Origin: Lepidodermella squamata
Taxonomy: Eukaryota > Animalia > Gastrotricha
DNA: 64,000 bases
Assembly: GCA_047495785.1 (NCBI GenBank)
Contig: JBLDXI010000004.1
Location: forward strand, 62,001-126,000
Reading direction: 5' to 3'
This document shows positions 51,386 to 61,462 of the stretch, piece after piece. The notes below the pieces were generated by a model that saw only the letters and a list, made by a program, of their open reading frames with translations, was not told the DNA's origin and searched no databases. Every line of letters starts with the position of its first letter. Positions within the stretch are counted from its first letter, which is position 1. Made by a program: the position numbers and the translations under genes.

Positions 51386-53439
51386 ATGCCAGTTTCATTT
51401 ACTTTTGATGCGGAGTTTGACGTCTCGTCGTTAATGGGATCGATTAGTCAACGGATTGCTAGGATGCCACCAGGGTCAATCGACGATCTTCAAGTTCGCT
51501 CCCGCAGATCGAGGGCGCAATTTGCTCAAGAGAGCTTACTTAAACTGTTACCATCTTTATCACCGTACAGCGAAATTATGGATGGTGCAATAATAAAGCA
51601 CGCAAAATTGTCTGTTGAATACGAAGGTTTTGGGGTGATCGAGGCTGAGCTTCCGTTGGTAAATCCGCTTCCACCGCGCAAGCGTGCGAATGATCTTGCG
51701 AAAAGGTATGATATTAAAGCAAAACTTTCACAGGCGAGAATTCAAGAGCATTCGCGCATTTATTTATAAATCTGATATAATTTAATTTGACGAAAATATC
51801 GAATTGCTACAATTACAATATACGTTCCTCAATAGGCTGGTAACGTTGGGCTTACGGTTTGGCATTAATGCCAGCAAGCTTCTAGCAATGAAGTCATTTA
51901 TTGGCTTCGGCTCGGTTACAAAAGATATGTTTTATAGCATCAGAAATGAATTAGCCCAATTACATCCGATAACGTCATCGCAAGATGGGAAATCTGCATT
52001 TCGATCCATAACGTCGCTTGCGCATAGTTGGGTTCAGCAGGGCATCCTATCGCCACTGATTCCTAATGACATCCGATTTCAGGTGATAACCCTATGTATC
52101 TATGTAACTATGATTGCTTTACTTTTGGTGATTTTATAAGGTTGATGGATTTGCCGGCCGCACTACTTATTCTGATCCTTTTGTGACTTCTAACGTGTGT
52201 GTTGCCAGTCGAAAACGCAAAATAGGGGTTGAAGGAGAAGACAATTATGCTATATTCAATGACGCTGAAACCAGCAAAAATTTTCGCAAGTATCTGCAAC
52301 AGCCGGTTGATGAACTGGTCCAGCTTGTAGAAAAAGGTGTGACGGTGGATGGCACGGATTATTCATTCCGTCTGCTAGTGTGTTGTGACTATCCGGCGCT
52401 TGTGAAGCTCTTTGGTTGCGGACATCAGGGCAGTCACCACCGCTGCGTTGTGTGCGAAGTGAGCATTAAAAACCCGACTTCCCCAGCGAAGAAGCGAAGA
52501 TTCGACCTGTATTCGCCCGATTTAGCTGGGAAGCTTGGTTGGTCGGAGGAGTTCGGGCCGATGATCAGGCTGGGTCCCGAGAAACTCGTGATATTGCCAG
52601 ACTTTTTTCACATGGAGGTCAACTTGGCCAAGCCATTAATCACTCAGGTATTTATTTCCTTTATTTAAAAAAATATAGCTACTCACTGATTTTTTATCGA
52701 TTAGCTATTTTGCAAACTGCGATCATTCGGTCAGAGGGAAGCTATCCGGAAAGTCAGCGAGTTTCTGAAGATGAGAATAAAGGAGAACGGTGCAAATAAC
52801 CAACCTCAAGGAACCAAGGCAACCAAGCTGTCGATCGATGTTCGTCGTACTCTCAAAGGGAAGACTCTTGTCACTATCAAGAATTCGAATCACCATGGCA
52901 TAATCGAAGTAATATTTCTCCAAATTTCTTCAGTTGTTAAAACATTGTTTTGCCAGGCTTTCAAAAACTTGACCGAGCACATGAGTCAAAATTCGCTCAC
53001 AGATGCTTTCTTTCTACCGAAAAATTGGCAAAAGAAAAGGCAATTTACTGCCGGCAATTCAACGTCCGTTTCTAAGGCCAGAGAAACGCAGTTTTTGAAA
53101 GATCTTTCACACCTTCGCAAACTGTGCGTGGCTACTTGCGCTGCTTTTGACGATATACAGGAGAACAGGGCTACTGGAAAAGGAAGATTCTTCATGCCGC
53201 GATATCTGCAGTTATGGAAAACTGTGGTCGGCCGGGTCACGTCGTATGCGCACCTTCTAGCTTGTCATACTTACGATTTGATTGAACAAAAGGTAAATCT
53301 AGCAGCACTTGCAGCAGAAACTATCGAATTGGATATCAAGCAGCTTCGATCGACCATCAGCTCTCAAACCTCTAATTATCGGCCCTTGCCTGGTCAGCTG
53401 CTGAGGATTCGGAACATGAAAGACAGCTTGAAAGTTTAA
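51386..53439 (+). CDS. RAG1/Transib-like DDE transposase, copy 2, ~586 aa (exons 51386-51705, 51836-52082, 52141-52647, 52705-52908, 52957-53439)
   Basis: All four GT-AG splices keep an open frame. Motifs occur in RAG1-core order: VDGFAG, VCCDYPAL, RCVVC, PDFFHMEVNLA, VTSYAHLLACH, AAETIELDIK. Confidence 0.8.
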
Positions 53440-53578
53440 TTGTGTTCCTTTCTTGTGAATAAGTGAAAAAGCTGAATATTATGTGCTTTACTCAATTTAT
53501 TTCATTTATTCATTCTCATGCCAACAAATCTTCAAGATTCAAAATTCTCACCGAAGGAACACAGCGGAGTAATAAATT

Positions 53579-54121
53579 TCATTTTTTCACACTGTACATG
53601 TACGTGTTGCTGTTTTTGTCAAAATTCAGCTCGTACTTATCAGCAGCAGTCCACGTAAATGCGAACAAACCAGCACGGCAAAGTTCATCAAGCTTTGCGA
53701 TTTGACGGCATATGGCATTCTTGCTACGTCCAAGATCGTAATCCAAATGCTTGTCACTCGGTGTGGTAGCCATCCAGAAAGTCAGCAAACGTCGGGGCGC
53801 TGTTGCTAGTTTGCTTCGTTTCGCATAAAACGCAAACACATGTCGTAACCTATTCCGGTCTTGAGGGCTCCATTCGGTACGCGAATTCGCGGCACTGACT
53901 GAAACACAGAAAAATCTAGCTATATTTATCCAATTAAAGTTACGACTCACCTCTCACCTTTATCAAACTGTTTCGATGCGAGACGTATATATTCCCACGT
54001 GCCTACTTCCGCACTTGACAGCGTTGTATTGACAGTCGAATCACCCAAATCGATGAAGTCAATATCATTTCCCTGTTGCAGTTGCTGCTGATGCTGCTGC
54101 TGCTGCTGTTGTTGTTGTTGT

Positions 54122-54153
<32 letters not shown>

Positions 54154-54558
54154 TTGTTGCTGCTGCTGTTGTTGCTGCTGCTGTTGTTGCTGCTGCTGTT
54201 GTTGCTGCTGTTGCTGTTGCTGTTGAAACTCATGTAGCTCCCGTTCTAGCCGTTGAAATTCGATGTCCTGTTGGTGCAGTTGAAACTGCATGTCCTGTTG
54301 ATGTTCGTCGCTGTTGCTGTTGTTGCTGGTGTTGTTGCTATTGTTCTCGCTCTTTTTATTGTTCTTATTGTTCTTCTTGCCGTTGTTGTTGTTGAGCATG
54401 GAGCGAATGTCCGCCTGCTTCTGGTATCGTTTGCCTTGCTGTTGTCGCTGCTGATCAGCTCGCTTTTTCTCAGCTTTCTGCAACTTGTTAAGCTGTTTAT
54501 GTTGTTTCTTGGACAGCGCTTTGGCATCGAGCATTTCTTCCGCGTCTTCGTAATCCAT
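53579..54558 (-). CDS. Transposon partner protein, copy 2, ~306 aa: basic N-terminus, long polyQ, Myb/SANT-like C-terminus (exons 54558-53958 and 53898-53579)
   Basis: In-frame GT-AG splice; EWSPQDRNRLRHVF...LGRSKNAICRQIAKL; CAG/CAA tract at ~54077-54225. Confidence 0.75.
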
Positions 54559-55454
54559 TATTGCTTGTGAGGAGGAGACGAATTAATCGGAAATTGAAAA
54601 GAAAGTTGAATAAATCAAGAAATCAAGAAAATATAAATTGACCGACTGCACGACCTCACGACCGCACCACCGCACCACCACCACATCGTCGGAAATAAAA
54701 AAGCATCGCGCACACACATCGATGAAAAAAACACGTCTGTGATTCATCGAGTTCACTATGCAAAACACCGCCTACAATGTTCCTCTTCTTTTGCGGCTAC
54801 CTTTCATTGGCGCCTGGCGCCGAGACCCGGCTAGGTCTTCATCGGTATTATTTTTCTGATTCTTCGCTGCTTCGGTGAAAGTAACGAGCTACCAAGTGAC
54901 GAGCAACGTCAGATCATTACATTTTTTTTAGATAAATTGACTTCTTTATTTCAGATTATTTATTCGTAAACCCTCTGCCATAATCATAATCACAATCCCC
55001 CAAACACACCGTTCAAAACATACCTATTCCCCACGTAAAGAGACGAAAAAGTCGGAAAATTTAAGACCAATAGGTGACGAAAAGTCGGACAAATAAAAAT
55101 ATCAAATTTAGAAATTCCTCCCGCAGCATCCCGCAGTTTGTTCACGTGATGCGGGACTGCGGGATGACTGCGGGACTGCGGGATAAGGGTGCGGGATAAG
55201 CTGTATCCCACCCGGCCCACCCTACAAACATGATTTTTTGCCAGTATCAATGAGTAAGCATTCATCTTCTCGCAAAATCATTAACATATGCACACTATTT
55301 TTTGTATGGGAGAATGCAGAGAAATTTTTATCACGCTGCAATACACGTGGACGTCCACATGATGAACTGCGGGATGTGCGGGATGACTGCGGGAGGAATT
55401 CGTATATTTATTCCGGTCCACTTTTATTTTTCCCAAATAAACAACCAAATCAAC

Positions 55455-57195
55455 ATGACAGACAGGCGCAAGTCAATTGTCGACGTTCTCCCGATCGACC
55501 CCCGTATCCTGAGCTCCAACGCCATCACCCCGTTCGAGAAGAAACCAGGCTACTCGCTCCGACAGTACCTAGATAACAATGAAGGCACGTGGGAAAGCAT
55601 GGGAGTATACAATCTAACCAAAGCAATCCTGTTGAAAAAGGTGCTGGGCCAACGGGGCTTCGTAGTCACCCGCGCACTAGAAGATCTCGAAGAAGATGCT
55701 TCCTGGAAAAACCTGCGCACGGAGGTAATACGCGTGATCGACGGTGAACCCCCCCACGCCGGAGGAAGCGAAACGTGAAAGGCTCTTCCTACATCAAGGC
55801 GACTTCCCTTTGATCGATTTTGAAGCCAAGCTAGAAGAATGGGGGCGATGGGCGTACCCAAACAACGAAAGAGAGAGGTCGACCTCCATTGTGCACCAGT
55901 TGGTCGCAGGTCTAGCCGACCAGAAATTCAGCCGAGAGTTGGCCATGCGGATGAAATCGGGTGAGATTACCACGCGCAAACAGGTGATTCAGCGCATTCG
56001 GGACCGCGAAACCAGAAACCGTCAGCAATTGAACCACCGGGTGTCAGGAAACCTACCTCCCCCGGTGGCTGCCTACCATCACCCACAACAGCAACCGCAC
56101 TGGCAACAGTCAACCACAGTAGCCCCAGTTGATGACAGCGACCTCATGAGCTTCGCGAGCAGCTACGAACGGTCAAGGCCACCGACACCAGCAATGGTCA
56201 ACATGGTCACACGTTCAGGCGCTAATTACGGCCGTGAAAGTCGACGATCGCAGTTCGAGGGCGACGAAACCAGACGCGTTCAATTTGAACAGCGTGATGA
56301 ACGCATTGAACGTTTGGAAGCCCGCGTCGAGGAGAATCATCGGACCGTACAAGAAACCCGCGAAGATATGAGGGCAGTGAGAGCGCTCCTGGAATCATTA
56401 GCTCGCACCAACGTAGCAGCCACGCCGAATGTGGTGGTCCCGATGTTACCGACACCGATCGCATCGAGCACACCGGCAGAACCGCTGGTTAACCTAACGA
56501 ATTGGACAGGTGACCCGACCTTATCATCCGTATCTTCGACACCGTCTTCGGCAGGCACCACACGCCAAGTGACGCATACGAGCACGCAGTGGACGCAGAC
56601 ACCAAATTCATCAAGGCTGATCACTCCCGGCCAATTGGCAGCTCCTGCCCGCCCCACCCTGTCAAATTTGACGGCCCAAGAATACACCCGTCCCGGAGAC
56701 GCCGCCGTTCGAGAAGCGGCCCAGCGAGCAGCCAACCGCACCCGCTCCAGGTCCCCATCTGGAAATCGACAGGCCTGCAATAACTGTGGCTCCATCGATC
56801 ACGCACGCTTTTACTGCCCCAGGATCGATCCAAGGTTCGCCGACAAATCTTGCTATGTATGTGGCGACCCGATCCTTCGGAATGGCAAGCTAGAGGTCGA
56901 GAATATTGTGAAATTAATAGCCTGGAAAAACCAACCCGACGAGTTGAAATTGCTGGAAGAAATCGACCCGATCGAGGAGCCGCCAGAACCCATCAAAAAA
57001 CCGGTAACTGAGAAGGTCGCAAAAGAGAAAACGTGTAAGGTAACGGCACAGAAGGGTGAACAAATAAACATACCTCCCCAACCAAGTCGGGATGAAAGGG
57101 CAAGATCGGATGTTAAGTCCGGCTCGACAAGACAATCGTCGAGGACCCGCATCCCCAGCACTAAATACAGTGCGGATGAATTTGATCATTCGTAA
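55455..57195 (+). CDS. Gag (capsid plus CCHC knuckle), frameshifted at the C-run ~55749 and fused to an apparent integrase C-terminal tail
   Basis: MHR-like LHQGDFPLIDFEAKL, HQLVAGLAD, CNNCGSIDHARFYC, and a truncated second knuckle CYVCGDP. It ends RQSSRTRIPSTKY, resembling gypsy pol C-termini. Confidence 0.7.
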
Positions 57196-57393
57196 TCTTG
57201 CTTCGATGTTTTGTTCCTTTTTTAGCACTGTGAGTATCTTCCTGGAACGCTTGGTATGAAAACGTATTCGATAGAGATGCGTTATTCGGAAACAAGGCTC
57301 AATCTTCCATCTTCCCTAATAAAAATATGCTGATAGGAGTGTTTATAAATTTACGGTTATTTTTTTTTGAAAAATACCTTTGTTGCCTCTGAA

Positions 57394-58835
57394 ATGCTTC
57401 CCGCACTGAATGAAGAAGAGTTGTTGGGCCCAATGGGGAACGCTGTGATCACGAACGGCGAGCTTCAACGTATGGAGGCCATGACTCCGATCGTTATTGA
57501 GGACGATCCGGTGGATACGACGTCACGGAGACCGACACGTCCTAAAGCTTGGGGAGTCGGACGACGAGCAAAAACCTCGTAGTGGCTAGACCGAAAGCAA
57601 AGGAAGGGTCGTCAGCGGTAGCGTCAGCAGCGAGGACGGCGTCCAGGTCAGTTGCGTCGACCGCAGGGGTCAAGGGTACGCCGGTGGCGCGGGAACGCCC
57701 GTCGACATCGAGGCTGGCGACGAGAACGGCAACTGCACGAGAACCAGGCTCGTCAACACGACCGGGTAGGCCGACGGAACCGGCAGTCAAGCCAAGCGTG
57801 AAATCGAGGCCGGCTCAAGAAACGAGGAAGGGTCCGGCGGCACCTCCGGTGAAATCCGTGAAACGGGTCCAGTTGAGAAAACGGCGTCGAACGCCGCGTC
57901 TACGTCGAAGGCTGACAAAGCCCCAGCGACTTCGGGCGTAGTTACTGTTCCGGCAACCAAAGTGAAGCCGAAGAAGTAACCGGAAATAAAACTCATGGAA
58001 GCATTGTCATGGAAACCGTCCAGAGCGGTTGCCTGGAAAGCTTTACAAAAATGTCTTAGTTTCCGGTATTCTAGGAATGTCTCCACCCAAACGGAGTCCC
58101 CCGGTCGAGAGTGTCTCCACTCAAACGGAGGCGTGCCCCCCAACCCCGCGTGAAACGTCGGCCATGGACGTGGACCCCGTAATTCCCCCGGAAAATTCCC
58201 AGGAAACGAGTCAGGCTGCGAGTCGAGCTCACTTGCTCCCTAGGTTGAAGAAAATATTTTGTTTCAATTGTGGTAAGAAGAACCATGAAAGGGCTGACTG
58301 CTTATATCCCCCGTTAGCGTGTATTCTCTGTAAGGAACCCGGACATTTGCAATACTACTGCAGGCAAGCGGCAGCGCATTTGGACCCCCAAGTTAGGGAA
58401 AACTTGAGTACCGGCAAATTTGCTGAGTCGTTGTGTACACAATTAAGAGGTACCCAAGATCAATCAATTCCCCCGTTGTTGCCTCCCCCGGTGCTACCTC
58501 CCCCGTTAATACCGCACCAGGATGTTCAGCAATTGCCTCCGCCGTTATTTGCCCCGGTCAGGTTACCCCCACCCTTGTTACCACCAACGGGGCAGGTGAG
58601 ACCCCCTATGCTTTTTCAAAAATTTCAAAATTACAGGTACGAACCTGCGGATGTTCCGTCAACAGCGTCGATGGTGGCTCCATATGGCCAGCAGGCTTGG
58701 TCGCAACCTGTGGCACAAGAACGCCAGCCGGTTGTGAGTGCTAGGCCAACGCACAGTGTTCAACCGATGCAGCATGGTCAACAAGTACGGGAGGATCGAC
58801 AGGTCGAGCAAGGCCAGGCTATGTGGCAGTGGTAA
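57394..58835 (+). CDS. Extra downstream ORF of the LTR element with two CCHC zinc knuckles and a Pro/Gln-rich tail (frameshifted)
   Basis: FCFNCGKKNHERADC and ACILCKEPGHLQYYC; the low-complexity N-terminal part is spread over three frames. Confidence 0.65.
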
Positions 58836-59820
58836 TGGCCAAATGGCGTAAATGTTGTCTCCTCGGCTGATAACCAGCAGCCAAATGAGTGGTAGTTCAG
58901 CATTGCGTGTCCTGGCAGTTCAGTTCGGTTGTCAAGACAAACTGTTAGCACTTGGCACACAAAAAAACCTAGAAAATGATAATAAATAACTGTGTGTCCT
59001 TCTCAGCGTAATAGGTGTGTCGAAATAATGTATATATGCGTGTAAATAGGTTGCAAAAGGCTTCTTCTACGGTCAGAACTTCAAACTTTGTTCAAACGGT
59101 GTGGTAATAAATCTGTCGTTGGTGTATTTCCTCGTCTTTTGTATCCAGACTCCGAACCAGGTCAAGGCAGCGCGGATACCTTTCAGTTTGAATTTTGTGT
59201 CGTTTGTGAATTTTTAAAATTATTTTTGAAGGCTGGTATCAAGCACGTGATTTGGTCCGCCCTGGACGATACATCGAAATTTATCCCGCTGAATGATGAC
59301 CTGATGCCTACGCTCTACGGCAAGTACAAGGTGCCTCATTACGAAATGAAATCTCAATCAGACAAATTTTTCGCCGACCAGCCTGTGACCTACTTAATGA
59401 CCCAAGGATTCCCACCGGCCTGTTCCCACTGTGACGCGTAACCGCGAGGGAAAAGTTGCGTTTTCAATGCCATTCGGGCTTCGGGCAAAATCGCCAGGAA
59501 TTTCTGTCGACGATATCTGCCGATTTTGCCTGGGAATTTTTTGTCTACGATATCTGCCGATTTCGCCCGCCACATTTTTTTCTAATTTCGTAACATTATC
59601 GCTGTAAAAAAAATGGGAACAATTTAGTAAATCGATATGCATCTTCAATTATTGATGAAACTAATATTTTATTAAGCATCTACTAGATTGAACAAAACTT
59701 GACCTACTCAGGTCAAATTTAGCCTATCCAGCCTAGTCGGCTGCTACAGTATAAAAGCGGTTAAAAAATAACAAGTTTCTCACTCTAAGACACTTTGCAT
59801 CTCCAATATTTCGAGTTTAA

Positions 59821-60185
59821 ATGGCAGCTGTCAAGAAAATTATTTCCGTTGTAGGCGCAACTGGCCAACAGGTAAAATATCGATATTTCAGTATTATTTC
59901 AGTAAATGTTGTTAATTTTATTAAGGGCGGCGGTGTTGTTCGAGCAATTTTGGAAGATCCTAATTCTAAATTCAAGGCTCGAGCTCTAACTCGTGATGTC
60001 AACTCGGAAAAAGCCAAGGCCTTGGCTAAGCAAGGCGTCGAGGTTGTTCAAGTCGATGCCAATGATGAAGAAGCCCTAGCTGAGGCTATCAAAGGCTCCT
60101 ACGGCATGTACTGTGTCTCTGTCCACGATTGGAGTGACCCGGAGAAGGAACTCACTCAGATCAAATCAATGGCAAATGCTGCAAG
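59821..60185 (+). CDS. NmrA-like (NMRAL1/HSCARG family) copy B, exons 1-2 (59821-59871, 59926-60185)
   Basis: Rossmann motif VVGATGQQG, then GGVVRAIL and ARALTRD; clean GT-AG intron. Confidence 0.85.
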
Positions 60186-60444
60186 GTATGAGATTCAAAT
60201 TTTCGTTCATATCGATTTTCTTGATTTCAAAAATTGGTTTTAAATAATAATTAGGATTTTTAAATTTGATTTTAGGAATAGGTTTTTTCTTTGAACTTTT
60301 TTTACTTTCATCTTTGAGATGAAAATATCAGAGTTAATTTTCAAGATTTTCAGAGAGATAAACATTTATTAAAAATGTGGACTGCCTAATTCAGTAATAA
60401 TTAGGTTGCCTTGCGACACAGTGAGTATACATTATATTTCAAAA

Positions 60445-60890
60445 TTATTTGTGTTTTTTGTGGTTGAAATAGATATGGATTGAATCTTTAAGAATCGATT
60501 TTGTAATGTCAGAAAGAAGTTGTTTTGGTAATTGCCATTCCTTAAAAAGTTTCAATGTTTCTTTAGTTATAGTTCCACGGCTACCCAGGTAGAGTCCTTG
60601 CACGGTAACTTCGTCCAGCTTCCATTGTTCACAGATGTCGTTTGCACAGGGTTCGTAAATTGATTTTTTCTCCTCGTCAACAGTGTCGAATTGATCGTTT
60701 CGTCCTTCGAATCGGATTGTTGGATCGATAACCAGGCCTTGTTTTCCCTTGATGACGAGAGTGTCAAAACGATTATTTCGCCCAGGTCCGGCTACGCAGT
60801 GGCCTTCTTCATACACCCTATCTATCTGCTTTACTGCCTTACGAAACTCTATATCGACGCGATGAAGGAAAGATGCTGTCAGATTTCGTA
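60445..60890 (-). mobile_element. 3' fragment of a restriction-like-endonuclease (RLE) non-LTR retrotransposon (R2/NeSL/Utopia-type)
   Basis: VYEE, RFDTLV..GLVIDPTIRFE, EKKSIY, GLYLGSRGTI. Confidence 0.75.
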
Positions 60891-61462
60891 AGGGAGCGTT
60901 TTGAATTTTCAAAACAATATCAAAGTCAAATATTCAATTTAAAATTTTTTTCAATACGATTACATTTGTTTCATATATTTTAAGAAGAAAATTCTGAAAT
61001 TAACTTGAGGATCCAATACCCCAAATACACAAAGGCTAATGACGACATTTTATTTTTTTAACGTCAGATTTTCGGTATTTAATTTCAAGTAAAGTTCAAT
61101 TAATTTTTCAATTTTGACATTGTTATTATTATTAATTACTTATTAATATTTTGGTCCTTGTTTAGGTAGACAAGCGCGCGTGATCTGGAAATCTAGGTCA
61201 TGATAAGCGGACAAGAGTGCGAAAAAAAATGTATGATAATAATAACAGCTAAACACTTCAATAATCTGCGGTCATTGTTTACTGCCGGTAAATGGGTTGT
61301 CGTCTCGAAAGTCGGTCAAAAAATGTATTCTTACCGCATGTATAAGACACCAGTTGGTTTGCGCGATGTACATAATAATATAACGTGATTCGTGGTTTTT
61401 TCTGCTCACTTCACATCATAATACTTTCATTTCAACATTATTTTTCGTGAATTTCTACAATA

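Larger units (their letters stand above)
51015..54779. mobile_element. Two-gene DNA transposon, copy 2 (apparently intact), inserted in the 5' LTR
   Basis: TIR CATTGTAGGCCGGGTTTGCA (from 51015) / TGCAAAACACCGCCTACAATG (to 54779). The empty site is visible in the other LTR at ~59120-59135. Confidence 0.88.
50798..59185 (+). mobile_element. LTR retrotransposon (Ty3/gypsy-like) with pol deleted, in NmrA intron 2
   Basis: TG at 50798 and CA at 59185, with flanks GTTTA/GTTTG (likely 5-bp TSD). The LTR 3' block AATAAATCTGTCGTTGGTGTATTT-CCTC.TCTTTTG..GCGG.TACCTTTCA occurs twice, and the first is followed by a PBS-like TGGCGCC (~54808). A gag ORF follows. Confidence 0.75.
46738..59402 (+). pseudogene. 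NmrA-like copy A, split by nested insertions (pieces at ~46738-46894, 50571-50658, 59231-59402)
   Basis: VRAILEDPNSEF..ALTQDVNSAKAKA..QGVEFVQV, then EEAL..AW.GPERE..IQAMADAA with a GT donor, then AGIKHVIWSALDDTSKFIPL..MPTLYGKYKVPHYE. All pieces align with the neighbouring paralogs. Confidence 0.85.

Noticed and set aside
49457-54558. Calling the convergent gene RAG2 and the locus a true RAG1-RAG2 pair
   Set aside because: There are no kelch repeats or PHD finger, the termini are CAT- rather than CACAGTG-like, and the TSD is not 5 bp.
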